A stretch of 64,000 bases of DNA, from assembly GCA_040386535.1 (NCBI GenBank), contig JAZKFH010000025.1, positions 96,001 to 160,000 on the forward strand. Direction: 5' to 3'. Positions 48,659 through 59,169 of the stretch are shown here, one piece after another (the first letter of the stretch is position 1; the number at the start of each line of letters is the position of its first letter). This DNA comes from Myxococcota bacterium. GTDB taxonomy: Bacteria > Myxococcota_A > UBA796 > SXON01. The notes under the pieces were generated by a model that made no database searches, was not told the origin of the DNA, and saw only the letters and a list, made by a program, of their open reading frames with translations. Position numbers and translations under genes: made by a program.

Positions 48659-49870
48659 ATGATGGAGCTTCTCCCCAAGGACCTCTACATCGACTTCGTC
48701 GGCAAGAGGAACTTCTTCTCGGGCATCTCGGCGCTCATGGTGCTGATCAGCATCCTGTTGTTCGTGTTCGTCGGCCCCAACTGGAGCATCGACTTCACCG
48801 GCGGCACGGAAGTGCAGATGCACTTCAAGGAGTCGACCGACATCGGCGATGTCCGTGAGGCGCTCGGCACCATCGGGATCAGCGAGGACTCGATCCAGCT
48901 CGTCGGCCCTGCTTCCGACAATCGCTACCTCGTGCGCCTGCAGGGCGCGTCGAGCGCGAACCAAGGTGAGGTCGACGCCGTCCGGAGCGCCCTCGTCGCC
49001 GGGTTCGGCGCCGACTGGATCGAGGAATTCGATGTCGACGAGGAGGTCGGCACGCGGGCCTCCGTCTCCTACAAGGGTCCCGCCATCCCGCTGGACCGCA
49101 TCACCGCCGCGCTCGCGTCGCTACCCGGCGTCAAGGTGCAGTCCTCCCCCGAGGAGAACGAGTTCTACGCGCGCCTGCCCGGTGTGGCCGAGGAGATCCG
49201 CGCCACACTCGCCAAGGAGCTGGCGGGCCATGACTTCGAGCTCGAGCGCACCGACTCCGTGGGGCCGAAGGTCGGCGGGAACCTGCGTGCCGCGGGCCTC
49301 ACGTCGATGGTCGTGACGATGGTGCTGCTCACCATCTACGTCGGCGTCCGCTTCGACTTCGCGTTCGCGCCCGGCGCCATCCTCTGCCTGTTCCACGACG
49401 CGGCGCTCACGTGCGGCTTCTTCGTGCTCACGCAGCAGGAGTTCGGCCTGTCGATGATCAGCGCGATCCTGACGCTCGTCGGGTACTCCATCAACGACAC
49501 GATCGTCATCTACGATCGAATCCGCGAGAACATGGAGAAGTACCGCAAGCAGGACCTCCACAAGCTCATCAACGACAGCATCAACCAGACGCTCTCGCGG
49601 TCGATCATCACCAACGGCGCCACCGCGCTCGCGCTCGTGCCGTTCCTGATCTGGGGTGGGTCGGTCCTGCGCACGTTCGCCACCGCGATGATCATCGGCA
49701 TCATCGTCGGCAGCTACTCGACCATCTACGTCGCCAGCCCGCTGATGATCATCATCAAGGAGAACCAGGACAGCATCCTGCGCCTCTTCGGGTTGAACAA
49801 GAAGCCGCCCTCCGGCCCCGCAGCCGGGAGCCCCGACGCATCGGCCGTCTCCGCGCCCCTTTCGCCTTGA
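48659..49870 (+). CDS. secF: Protein translocase subunit SecF
   Basis: IDFTGG, VGPKVG, GYSINDTIVIYDRIRE. Confidence 0.97.
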   Translation: MMELLPKDLYIDFVGKRNFFSGISALMVLISILLFVFVGPNWSIDFTGGTEVQMHFKESTDIGDVREALGTIGISEDSIQLVGPASDNRYLVRLQGASSANQGEVDAVRSALVAGFGADWIEEFDVDEEVGTRASVSYKGPAIPLDRITAALASLPGVKVQSSPEENEFYARLPGVAEEIRATLAKELAGHDFELERTDSVGPKVGGNLRAAGLTSMVVTMVLLTIYVGVRFDFAFAPGAILCLFHDAALTCGFFVLTQQEFGLSMISAILTLVGYSINDTIVIYDRIRENMEKYRKQDLHKLINDSINQTLSRSIITNGATALALVPFLIWGGSVLRTFATAMIIGIIVGSYSTIYVASPLMIIIKENQDSILRLFGLNKKPPSGPAAGSPDASAVSAPLSP

Positions 49871-49919
49871 CCCCCCCTCCTGGCGCCGGTATACAGCGGC
49901 CAAACCATTCGAGTTTCTG

Positions 49920-50213
49920 ATGACGAAGAGCGAGCTGGTCGACGCGGTGGCCCGCCGGCAGAACCTCCCCCGACAAACGGCCGAGCGTGTGGTCAACGTC
50001 CTGTTCGACTCCATCCGGGACGCCCTCCTTCGGGGCGACCGGGTGGAGATCCGCGGGTTCGGGTCGTTCAAGGCGCGGCATTATGAGGGCTACACGGGGA
50101 GGAATCCCCGTACCGGGGTGCCGATCTTCGTGTCGCCGAAGGTCTTGCCGGTCTTCAAGGTCGGCAAGGACCTCAGGATCCGGGTAAATGGGGGCATGGA
50201 CCCCGAGGAATGA
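49920..50213 (+). CDS. ihfB: Integration host factor beta / HU-family protein
   Basis: MTKSEL, RVEIRGFGSF, GRNPRTG, FKVGKDLR. Confidence 0.85.
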   Translation: MTKSELVDAVARRQNLPRQTAERVVNVLFDSIRDALLRGDRVEIRGFGSFKARHYEGYTGRNPRTGVPIFVSPKVLPVFKVGKDLRIRVNGGMDPEE

Positions 50214-50800
50214 TCCCCTTCGCGCTGTTGGTGCCGGCCGTGTTCGCCGGCAGTGTCTACATCAACGGTGTGCGGGCCGATCTCCTGCCCGAGGTGACCG
50301 TCACCAACGCGACCGTCCGGTTCGATGGCCAGGGCAACGTGTGGATCGACGCCCCCGGCTACCGGGTCCAGGTGGTGCAGCCCGGCGAAGATGCCGGGCC
50401 GGGCCCGTCGGCCCCCGCCACGTCCTCGCCGTCCTCGGCCACTTCGTCGAACGCGCGGGTCGGTTCGGGCGCCTGGTGGCTCGTGACGGAGGACAACGGC
50501 TCCTCCGGGCACACGCTAGAGGTGGTGGTCAACGGCACGCTCGTCCGTCGCATCGCGTCAGGCGAGCCCCAGCTGATCTTCGACCTCGGCCCCTTCCTGC
50601 GGGCCGGCAGCAACCTCGTCGTGATCAACGCCCTGGCCGGGTCCACGCCCAGCGGCGGCGCGCTCACGGTGTACGTCGGCCGGGGCAACAACCTCTCCGG
50701 TACCATCCGCCTCGACAACCCCGACGTCTCCTACAGCCGACGCGCCTCAGACGGGGCGAACGGCGGCGGCGGGCGTCAATACACCCTCACCGTTCCCTGA
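50210..50800 (+). CDS. Hypothetical exported protein
   Basis: Short signal MIPFALLVPAVFA; ATGA overlap with ihfB. Confidence 0.65.
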   Translation: MIPFALLVPAVFAGSVYINGVRADLLPEVTVTNATVRFDGQGNVWIDAPGYRVQVVQPGEDAGPGPSAPATSSPSSATSSNARVGSGAWWLVTEDNGSSGHTLEVVVNGTLVRRIASGEPQLIFDLGPFLRAGSNLVVINALAGSTPSGGALTVYVGRGNNLSGTIRLDNPDVSYSRRASDGANGGGGRQYTLTVP

Positions 50801-50864
50801 CCCGAAGGCTTCCTGACTCCCAGGCGGCCTGTTCACAGTCCCCTGAACCTCGCGCGGAGCACTG

Positions 50865-52232
50865 GTGGCAGCATCTCTTCATCACCGGGGAACGGAAAAG
50901 CGCACCTACGTCCTGGACACGAACGTGCTCCTGCACGATCCGGGTGCGTTGCTGGTCTTTCACGAGCATGATCTCGTCATCCCGATCACCGTCATCGAGG
51001 AGGTCGACAAGTTCAAGCGCGAGCTGACTGAGCTCGGCCGCGCCGCGCGCACGGTGTCACGCCAGCTCGACGGGATGCGCGCCACCGGCCGCATCCGTGA
51101 AGGCGTGCCGCTCCCCGGCGGAGGCAAGCTCCGTGTCGAGTTGGGCCAGGTGGGCGACGTGGGTGAGCTCTTCGCCGGCGCCGCGCACACCAACGACAAC
51201 GTCATCCTCCAGACCGCCATGAAGCTCCATCGCGAGGCCAAGAACGGCACCGTGATCTTCGTCAGCCGCGACGTCAACATGCGCATCAAGGCCGACGCGC
51301 TCGGCATGCTGGCGGAGGACTACGAGCACGCTCACGTCGACATCGACGAGGCCTACACCGGCGTCATCGAGCGCGAGGTCGACGGCGACGTGGTGAGCGA
51401 GATGTACAACAAGGGATGGATGGCGGAGGAGGGCGTCGGCATCTGCCCCCACCAGTTCGTCATCCTCAAGAACGCCTCGCAGCCGGGCCAGACGGCGATG
51501 ACCCGGTACGACGCGAAGCAGAAGCGCTTGCTGCTCGTCGGTCGGTACAAGGAGGGCGTGTGGGGCATCTTCGCCCGCAATCGCGAGCAGCTCTTCGCTC
51601 TCGACCTGCTGCTCGACGACACGGTCCCCCTCGTGACGCTCGACGGCATGGCCGGCACCGGAAAGACCCTGCTCGCCATCGCCTGCGGCCTCCAGCGCGT
51701 GGCCGACGACAAGCATTACCGCCGCCTCGTGGTGGCGCGCCCGATCTTCCCGCTCGGCAAGGACGTGGGCTTCCTCCCCGGCACGCTCGAGGAGAAGCTC
51801 AACCCCTGGATGAAGCCCATCTTCGACAACCTCGACCTGCTGCTCGGCGGCGAAGAGGGGCGGGAGAACCCGGGCCGCGGTGGGAAGAACGCACCTCCCA
51901 ACTACCAGGCGTTGATCGACCAGAAGATCATCGAGGTCGAGCCGCTCACCTACATCCGCGGGCGCAGCCTGCCCCGCCAGTACCTCGTGATCGACGAGGC
52001 GCAGAACCTCACCCCGCATGAGGTCAAGACCGTCATCACGCGCGCGGGAGAGGGCACGAAGGTGATCCTCACGGGCGATCGCTACCAGATCGACAATCCC
52101 TACGTGGACGCCACGTCCAACGGCTTGTCCTACGTGGTCGAGCGCTTCCGCACCTCGCCGATGGCCGGGCACGTCACGCTCCGGAAGGGCGAGCGCAGTC
52201 CGCTCGCCGAGACGGCGGCGTCGCTTCTCTGA
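50865..52232 (+). CDS. PIN-PhoH (PhoH2-type) protein
   Basis: VLDTNVLL PIN domain; G.AGTGKT, RGRSL, DEAQN. Confidence 0.93.
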   Translation: MAASLHHRGTEKRTYVLDTNVLLHDPGALLVFHEHDLVIPITVIEEVDKFKRELTELGRAARTVSRQLDGMRATGRIREGVPLPGGGKLRVELGQVGDVGELFAGAAHTNDNVILQTAMKLHREAKNGTVIFVSRDVNMRIKADALGMLAEDYEHAHVDIDEAYTGVIEREVDGDVVSEMYNKGWMAEEGVGICPHQFVILKNASQPGQTAMTRYDAKQKRLLLVGRYKEGVWGIFARNREQLFALDLLLDDTVPLVTLDGMAGTGKTLLAIACGLQRVADDKHYRRLVVARPIFPLGKDVGFLPGTLEEKLNPWMKPIFDNLDLLLGGEEGRENPGRGGKNAPPNYQALIDQKIIEVEPLTYIRGRSLPRQYLVIDEAQNLTPHEVKTVITRAGEGTKVILTGDRYQIDNPYVDATSNGLSYVVERFRTSPMAGHVTLRKGERSPLAETAASLL

Positions 52233-52233
52233 C

Positions 52234-52887
52234 GTGATCCTCCATCGCTTCGAGACCGTGGCTTCCACGCAGATCGTGGCGCGGGAGCTGGCGGAGGCCG
52301 GGGCGCCTCACGGCACGGTCGTGCTCGCGGAGGAGCAGACCGCGGGCCGGGGGCGCCTCGATCGTCGCTGGGACAGCGCCCGTGGGCTGAACCTGACGTT
52401 CACGCTCGTGTTGCGCCCGCGCATCGCGGCGCGGGACGCCCCCCTCCTCACGCTCGGGGCCGCCGCAGGCCTCGCGGTGGCGTTCGACCTGCGCGTGAAG
52501 TGGCCGAACGATTTGGTGACGGGGGAGGGGAGGAAGGTCGCCGGCCTCCTCGCGGAGATGGACACCGTCGGCGATCGCGTCGGGTTCGTGCTCCTCGGCG
52601 TGGGCCTGAACGTCAACCAGGTGAGCTTCCCCGCGGCGCTTCCGAACGCGACAAGCCTCGCGACGATTTCGGGCCCACAAGACCGTGACGAAGTGTTGGA
52701 ACGCGCCATCGCGTCGATCCTCGCGTGGTCCGAGCACCCCGACCGGCTGACCCTGTGGCGCCAGCGCGCCCACACGCTCGGCAAACACGTGCGCATTGGT
52801 CCTACGGAGGGGATCGCCACGGCTTTGCGCGACGACGGCGCGCTCATCGTCGGCGGCGTGCCCGTGCTCGCGGGCGAGATCGGCTGA
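52234..52887 (+). CDS. birA: Biotin protein ligase (no HTH domain)
   Basis: EQTAGRGR, KWPND, KVAG.L.E, G.G.NVN. Confidence 0.92.
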   Translation: MILHRFETVASTQIVARELAEAGAPHGTVVLAEEQTAGRGRLDRRWDSARGLNLTFTLVLRPRIAARDAPLLTLGAAAGLAVAFDLRVKWPNDLVTGEGRKVAGLLAEMDTVGDRVGFVLLGVGLNVNQVSFPAALPNATSLATISGPQDRDEVLERAIASILAWSEHPDRLTLWRQRAHTLGKHVRIGPTEGIATALRDDGALIVGGVPVLAGEIG

Positions 52888-52890
52888 CCT

Positions 52891-53520
52891 TCAGGGCAGG
52901 TACGCCGTCTCTCCGAACGACTCGATCACCGCGCCCGCGTCCGCGAGGAGGACGCGCGAGTGGCTCGCGTAGGACGGCGCCCAACGCAGCGCCTGATCGG
53001 GACCCAAGCCGAGCCAATGACACGCGAGGGCGCGGATGACGCCGATGTGGGTCACGACGACGACGCGCTGATCGGCGAACTCCTGGGCATCCCACCACGT
53101 GGTTGCGCGGGCGAAACACTCGCCGTAGCTCTCGCCGCCGGGCGGGCGCGCGTTCACGTAGTCGTCCCAGTAGGCGGTGGTGCCGGCGGGATCGTCGATC
53201 GTGAGGTCCTCCCAGCCACGGCCATCCCACCGCCCCATGTCCTGCTCGCGGAGGGCGGGCACGAGGATCGGGGTGGGGGACAGATGGCGCGCGAGGGTGG
53301 TGCAGCGGGAGAGGTCGCTCGTGATGACCACGTCGGGAGCGGGGTACGCACGGCGGAGCCACTCCGCGGCCGCGGCGCTCTGGGCCTCGCCCCGCGGCGA
53401 GAGCCGCGCATCGGACTGACCGCGACATACACGGCTGCCCGCCACCTCGCCGTGCCGGAACAGGTGGACACGGACGACGGACGCGGAGGGGATGATCCGC
53501 ATGGTGGGCTTGTCGAACAT
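52891..53520 (-). CDS. Histidine phosphatase family protein
   Basis: RHGE, SDLSRC, LRE...G.W.G, THIGVIR. Confidence 0.9.
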   Translation of the reverse strand: MFDKPTMRIIPSASVVRVHLFRHGEVAGSRVCRGQSDARLSPRGEAQSAAAAEWLRRAYPAPDVVITSDLSRCTTLARHLSPTPILVPALREQDMGRWDGRGWEDLTIDDPAGTTAYWDDYVNARPPGGESYGECFARATTWWDAQEFADQRVVVVTHIGVIRALACHWLGLGPDQALRWAPSYASHSRVLLADAGAVIESFGETAYLP

Positions 53521-53560
53521 CGTCCGCCGGTTATCCCGGCGCTCCCGGTTCAGGAGATTG

Positions 53561-54325
53561 ATGCTGCTGGTCGTCGACGTAGGCAACACCAACACCGTGA
53601 TCGGCCTGTTCGACGGGCCCCGCGTCACCCACCACTGGCGCATCTCGACGCTTCAGCGCACGACGGACGAGTTCGGCATCTTGTTGCTGCAGCTCCTCGC
53701 CCACCAGAAGGTGGCGCCCGCCGACATCTCGGGGGTGGCCGTGTGCACCGTGGTGCCGTCGGTCCTGTACGCCATCGAGAAGGGCGTGCGCCGGTATCTC
53801 GACGTGACCGCGCGTGTGCTCGACCACAAGAGCGCCCTCGGCTTCCCGGTCCACATCGACAACCCGCGCGAGCTCGGTCCTGACCGCGTGGTCAACGCTG
53901 TCGCGGCGATGGAGCGGCACGCGCCTCCGTTCCTCATCGTCGACTTCGGCACGGCGACCACCTTCGACTGCGTGGACGCGTCGGGCGCCTACGTCGGCGG
54001 CGCGATCGCGCCCGGCCTCCAGATCTCGGCGGACGCCTTGTTCTCGAAGACCGCGCGGCTGCCCCGCGTCGAGGTGCAACGGCCCGACGTCGCCATCGGT
54101 CGGAACACGACAGCGGCGATGCAGTCGGGCGTGTTCTGGGGCTATGTCAGCCTCGTGGACGGGCTGGCGCGCCGCTGCAAGGACGAGCTCGGCGGAGAGG
54201 TGCACTGCATCGCGACGGGCGGGCTCTCCAACCTGGTCGGGCGGGCGTGCAAGGAGATCGACGAGGTCGACGAGCATCTGACCCTCCACGGCCTCCGGCT
54301 GTGGTTCGAACGGGGCGCTCCATGA
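53561..54325 (+). CDS. coaX: Type III pantothenate kinase
   Basis: DVGNTNT, LG.DR, VDFGTATT, GGAIAPG, ATGG. Confidence 0.95.
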   Translation: MLLVVDVGNTNTVIGLFDGPRVTHHWRISTLQRTTDEFGILLLQLLAHQKVAPADISGVAVCTVVPSVLYAIEKGVRRYLDVTARVLDHKSALGFPVHIDNPRELGPDRVVNAVAAMERHAPPFLIVDFGTATTFDCVDASGAYVGGAIAPGLQISADALFSKTARLPRVEVQRPDVAIGRNTTAAMQSGVFWGYVSLVDGLARRCKDELGGEVHCIATGGLSNLVGRACKEIDEVDEHLTLHGLRLWFERGAP

Positions 54326-55533
54326 GCGACATTCCCTGGGCCAAGCTCGGCATCCCCGAGAGTCTCCGGCCCGTCGTCGAGCCCACCGCGCCGCAGCAGC
54401 TTCGTTTCGCGGCCGCGAAGGCGGCGCTCCCGGCCACCCCCGAAGCGCTCCTCGGCATGCTCTACGTGCTCGCGTGCGGGGAGGACGTCGAGGTGCGCGC
54501 CACCGCGCTCGAGACGTTGAAGTCCATGCCTGGCCTGTTGGAGGCGCTCTCCCAGCGTACGCACAGCAAGGTGTTGGAGCTCATCGCCACCACGCGCCCC
54601 GACCGTGCGCTCGACGAGCGGATCATGGTCATCCGCGGCGCAAACGATCGCACCGCCACCCTCATCGCGAGCCGTGCCGACGAGGCGTTGTGCGACATCA
54701 TCGCCCAGAACCACGAGCGGCTGCTGCTCACGCCGCAGGTGATCGTGGCGTTGCACCAGAACCCGCGGTGCCCAGAAGCGCCGCTGGAGCGCGCGATCGC
54801 GTTCATGCGCATGCAGCAGTGTTTGCCGGAGCTCCCCGCGTCACGCCGCGCGCCTGGGGACCCCACGCCGGCCGTCTCGCCGCAGAGCGCGGCCCATAGG
54901 GCGGCGGCCGCCCCCGCCTTCGACCTGGAAGCCGAGATCGAGGCGGCGTTGTCGGGCATGGCCTCGCCCCACCTCGAGCAGAAGTCGAAGCTCGCGCTCT
55001 TCGACCTCGACGGGGTCAAGCCCGAAGGGCTCGAGGGCTTCGCGTTCGACTTCAAGGACGATGACAACTTCTCCTTCGACCTGCTCGACGAGGGTGGGGA
55101 GGAGGGCGAAGACGCCAACATGAAGGCGAGCATCGAGAAGCGCATCGCCGCCATGAGCGTCGGCAAGAAGCTGAAGCTCGCCTACCTCGGCAACAAGTCG
55201 GTGCGCAGCATCCTCATCCGTGACCGAAACAAGCTCGTGGCCGTGGCCGTCGTGAAGAGCGGCCGGCTCACGGACGCCGAGGTGCTCTCACACGCGGGCA
55301 ACCGCAACCTCCCCGACGAGGCGCTGCGGGAGATCGCGACAAATCGCGAGTGGACGCGGAAGTACCCGGTGAAGGTCGCCCTCGTGAACAACCCGAAGTG
55401 CCCGCCGAGCGTGGCGGTTTCGCTCGTCACGCACCTGCAGATCAAGGATCTCTCCTCCTTGTCGCGCAACCGGAACGTCTCGAGCGTCGTGTTCACCCTG
55501 GCGTTGAAGATGGCGAAGCAGAAGTCGAACTGA
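54322..55533 (+). CDS. Hypothetical helical-repeat protein
   Basis: ATGA overlap; K.KLA.LGNK..R.ILIRD.NK, LVNNPK.P repeat-like motifs; acidic linker. Confidence 0.8.
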   Translation: MSDIPWAKLGIPESLRPVVEPTAPQQLRFAAAKAALPATPEALLGMLYVLACGEDVEVRATALETLKSMPGLLEALSQRTHSKVLELIATTRPDRALDERIMVIRGANDRTATLIASRADEALCDIIAQNHERLLLTPQVIVALHQNPRCPEAPLERAIAFMRMQQCLPELPASRRAPGDPTPAVSPQSAAHRAAAAPAFDLEAEIEAALSGMASPHLEQKSKLALFDLDGVKPEGLEGFAFDFKDDDNFSFDLLDEGGEEGEDANMKASIEKRIAAMSVGKKLKLAYLGNKSVRSILIRDRNKLVAVAVVKSGRLTDAEVLSHAGNRNLPDEALREIATNREWTRKYPVKVALVNNPKCPPSVAVSLVTHLQIKDLSSLSRNRNVSSVVFTLALKMAKQKSN

Positions 55534-55622
55534 ACATTTGTTCCGGGTATGGGCGGCGGTACCCGGGACAGGGAGCAGGCGGCGTGCTACGCGGGGAATC
55601 CAGGCGGCGATCCGGGCCGCCC

Positions 55623-56753
55623 GTGCGCGGATCCAACCAGCATCCCGAGGTTCTCATCGAGACCGCCCCGACCGAACCGCTCGAGCGTGTTCTGGACTTC
55701 AACGACTCCGATCGCCTGCGGGAGCTGGCGGGAGAGGTCGGGAAGAACCTGCAGCTCATCGGACGCCTGTCGGGTACGCGGGTGTCGCAGCGGGGCGCGC
55801 AGGTGCGGGTCCTGGGCGCGGAGGAGGCTGTCGTCCTGGCCGTGCGCGTGTTGGAGCAGCTCTACGCGCTCGCCTCGACCGGCACGCCCATCACCCTCGT
55901 CGATGTGGACCAGGCCGCGCGCCTCCTGCGCAGCGAGCCCGACGCCCAGCTGATCGACTACCGGTCCGACGTGGTCATCACCGGGGCCCGCAAGCGCGCG
56001 ATCTACCCGCGCACGCCGCGGCAGAAGACCTACGTGCACGCGTTCGACGAGAACGACGTGGTCTTCGGCGTCGGCCCCGCCGGCACCGGCAAGACCTACC
56101 TCGCGATGGCGGTGGCCGTCGCGGCGCTCCTCAAGGACCAGGTCCGGCGCATCGTGTTGTGCCGGCCGGCCGTCGAGGCGGGGGAGAAGCTCGGGTTCCT
56201 GCCCGGTGACCTCGCGGAGAAGGTGAACCCCTACCTGCGCCCCCTGTACGACGCGCTCTACGACATGGTCGACGAGGAGCGCGCCGCCCGGCTCATCCAG
56301 AAGGGCGTGATCGAGGTCGCGCCGCTCGCCTTCATGCGCGGCCGCACGCTCAACAACGCGTTCATCATCCTCGACGAGGCACAGAACACGACGAGCGAGC
56401 AGATGAAGATGTTCCTGACCCGCCTGGGGAACGACTCGCGCGCCGCCATCACCGGTGACCTCTCCCAGGTCGACCTGCCCCGCCACACCCGGTCCGGCCT
56501 CGTCGAGGCGCTCCGCATCGTCGAGGGCATCGCGGGCATCGGCGTCATCCGCTTCCGCGACGACGACATCGTCCGCCACCCGCTGGTGAGCGAGATCGTG
56601 CGCGCCTACGACCGTGAAGCCGCCCGCACCGAGGACGTGCGGCCCGCCTCCCGTCCCGCTCCCGATTGGCGCGCCCGCCGTGGGCCCGCCCGTGACCGCT
56701 CCCGCGAGTTCGATCCGAATCCGGAGGGGAGCGAGGGTGGCGACTCGGCTTGA
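55623..56753 (+). CDS. phoH: PhoH-family ATPase (YbeZ-type)
   Basis: GPAGTGKT, RPAVEAGE.LGFLPG, RGRTL, DEAQN, VRHPLV; start uncertain. Confidence 0.93.
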   Translation: MRGSNQHPEVLIETAPTEPLERVLDFNDSDRLRELAGEVGKNLQLIGRLSGTRVSQRGAQVRVLGAEEAVVLAVRVLEQLYALASTGTPITLVDVDQAARLLRSEPDAQLIDYRSDVVITGARKRAIYPRTPRQKTYVHAFDENDVVFGVGPAGTGKTYLAMAVAVAALLKDQVRRIVLCRPAVEAGEKLGFLPGDLAEKVNPYLRPLYDALYDMVDEERAARLIQKGVIEVAPLAFMRGRTLNNAFIILDEAQNTTSEQMKMFLTRLGNDSRAAITGDLSQVDLPRHTRSGLVEALRIVEGIAGIGVIRFRDDDIVRHPLVSEIVRAYDREAARTEDVRPASRPAPDWRARRGPARDRSREFDPNPEGSEGGDSA

Positions 56754-59169
56754 GACGCTGAAGCTGATGCTCGCGCCGGACACGTTGCTCCGGCGCTCGC
56801 TCGCGTTTGTCGTCACCTGCATGGCGTGCGCGGCGCTGCTCACCGATTTCTCGCTGACCGGGAACCTCGATCTGCGCGAGGGGGACGTGGCCCCGCGCGA
56901 CGTCATCGCGCCCATCGCGTTCCCGTTCGTCAACGTGGGCGTCACGGCGGAGCGCCAGCGCCTCGCGGAAGCGCAGGTCCCCCCGGTGTTCGACGCCGAC
57001 CTGACGTTGTCGAAGCGCATCGAGAACCGGGTCTCCCAGGCGTACGACATGGCTCGGCGGCGCTGGGAGGCCGGTACCGTCTCGGGCCCGCGCGGGTCGG
57101 TCCCGCCCTCCCCAGCCGACACCGCTGGGATCCTCGCCGAGTTTGCCGCGGCGCTCGAGTTGCCGGTGCAGCCCGGCGACCTCGACGCCATCGCCGTCGC
57201 GGGCTTCTCGCAGCGCGTCGAAGAGCTCACGATCGAGCTCCTGGGCGTCGCGATGCGGCGGAACATCATCCAGGACCGCACGTCGCTGCCGGAGCCGCAG
57301 CGGCCGATCACGGTGGTGAACCTCTTCGGGGACGTGCGCGAGGAGTCGATCCTCGAGGACTACAGCCTGATCCGCACCCCCGACGAGGCGCGGCAGGCGG
57401 TGACCTTCCACGTGCTCGAGCGGTACGGCGCGTCGCGCGATGCCGCGGTCGTGGCCGCCGCCGCGAACATCGCGCGCGCCGCGGTCCGGACGAACTTCAC
57501 CCACAACCCGGAGCTGACGGAGGAGCGAAAGGCCAGCGCGCGCGCGGCTGTGGGGGCGGTCGAGGTCGAGGTGCGGCGGGGCACGCGGGTCATCGCCGCG
57601 GGGGACGTGCTCACGGCCCCTCAGGAGCAGATGCTCACGGCCATGCGGCGCACGAACGCGCAGGCCGGCGGCTTCGGTGGCTTCGTCAGCTGGTTCGTGT
57701 TCGTCGCGGCGGTCATCGGCGTCACGCTCGTGTTCGCCCAATCCACCATCCGCAAGTTCGCGTCGCGCACCCGCGACCGCGAGGCGCTCGGCTTCGCGCT
57801 GCTGCTCGTGCTCGCCTTCGGCCGGTTCCTCTCCTCGACCGCGGCGCTCATCACGCTGCCGACCGTCGTGGATCCCAAGCTGCTCGCGCTCCTGGTGCCC
57901 GTGGCCGGCGGCGCCATGCTCGTGCGCATCCTCGTGAACAGCGAGAGCGCGCTCATCTGGGCGCTGGTGGCCTCGCTCTTCTCCGGCGTCCTGATGGACG
58001 CCTCGCCGCTCCTGATGGCCTGGTACGTCGTGACCGCGCTCGTCGCCACCACGGCCGTCGGGCCTGCCCGCGAGCGGCTGGTGGTCCTACGCGCGGGCCT
58101 CTGGTGCGGGCTCGCCGGCGCGGTGTTCGTGCTGGTGGTCGGGCTCCTGCGGGGGCAGGATCCCGGCGGCGACGATCCGTTCACGTTCACGACCGCGGTG
58201 ATGGCGTTCGTGACCGCGCTCCTCGCGGGGCTGCTGAACGCGGTGCTTGCGCTCGGGATGGTGCCCGCCTTCGAGCTGTTCGGGTTCGTGACCGACTACA
58301 AGCTCCTCGAGCTGGCGAGCCTGAACCACCCGCTGCTTCGCCAGCTGATGCTCCGCGCGCCCGGCACGTACCACCACAGCGTGATCGTGGGGACCCTCTC
58401 CGAAGCCGCGTGCGAGACCATCGGCGCCAACGCGCTCCTGGCCCGCGTCGCCTGCTACTTCCACGACATCGGGAAGGGGCTCAAGCCGCAGTACTTCATC
58501 GAGAACCAGCGGGACACCGGCAACCGCCACGATCGCCTCTCGCCCGAGGCGTCGGCCGCCGTGATCATCAACCACGTGCGCGAGGGCGGGGTGCTTGCGC
58601 TCCAGCACCAGCTCCCGCGGCCGATCGTGGACAACATCTACATGCACCACGGCACGGGCCTCATCCAGTACTTCTACGCGCGCGCCAAGGAGAACGCTGG
58701 CGCCGGCGAGGAGGTGGACGAGCGGATCTTCCGGTACCCCGGCCCCAAGCCCGACAGCCGCGAGGCCGGCATCATCATGCTGGCCGACAAGGTCGAGGCC
58801 GCGTGCCGCACCATCCGCGAGCCCAACGAGGAGCGCATCCGCGCGATGATCCAGCAGATCATCAACAGTGTGATGACCGACGGCCAGCTCGAGAACTGCC
58901 CGATCACGCTCCGCGAGCTCTACCAGATCGCCGACACGTTCACGACCGTGCTCCTCGGCATCTACCACCACCGCATCGAGTACCCAGCCACCAAGGAGAT
59001 CTCCTCGGGCAAGGGGCGTTTCGTCCCCGTGCCGAGGCAGGGCACGATCACCTTGGAGATCATGAACCCCCTCAAGTCGGCGCCCCCGCCCCTCGGGGCC
59101 CCCCGGCCCGGCCCGCCCGCCGGGCCCGCCGACGATACGCCGCTCCCGCGCCGCGTGGACGAGTCCTGA
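56737..59169 (+). CDS. 7TM-HD (HDIG) phosphohydrolase, PgpH-like
   Basis: Extracellular domain, TM bundle, APGTYHHS, YFHDIGK, HHGT, LAD.VEA. Confidence 0.92.
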   Translation: MATRLETLKLMLAPDTLLRRSLAFVVTCMACAALLTDFSLTGNLDLREGDVAPRDVIAPIAFPFVNVGVTAERQRLAEAQVPPVFDADLTLSKRIENRVSQAYDMARRRWEAGTVSGPRGSVPPSPADTAGILAEFAAALELPVQPGDLDAIAVAGFSQRVEELTIELLGVAMRRNIIQDRTSLPEPQRPITVVNLFGDVREESILEDYSLIRTPDEARQAVTFHVLERYGASRDAAVVAAAANIARAAVRTNFTHNPELTEERKASARAAVGAVEVEVRRGTRVIAAGDVLTAPQEQMLTAMRRTNAQAGGFGGFVSWFVFVAAVIGVTLVFAQSTIRKFASRTRDREALGFALLLVLAFGRFLSSTAALITLPTVVDPKLLALLVPVAGGAMLVRILVNSESALIWALVASLFSGVLMDASPLLMAWYVVTALVATTAVGPARERLVVLRAGLWCGLAGAVFVLVVGLLRGQDPGGDDPFTFTTAVMAFVTALLAGLLNAVLALGMVPAFELFGFVTDYKLLELASLNHPLLRQLMLRAPGTYHHSVIVGTLSEAACETIGANALLARVACYFHDIGKGLKPQYFIENQRDTGNRHDRLSPEASAAVIINHVREGGVLALQHQLPRPIVDNIYMHHGTGLIQYFYARAKENAGAGEEVDERIFRYPGPKPDSREAGIIMLADKVEAACRTIREPNEERIRAMIQQIINSVMTDGQLENCPITLRELYQIADTFTTVLLGIYHHRIEYPATKEISSGKGRFVPVPRQGTITLEIMNPLKSAPPPLGAPRPGPPAGPADDTPLPRRVDES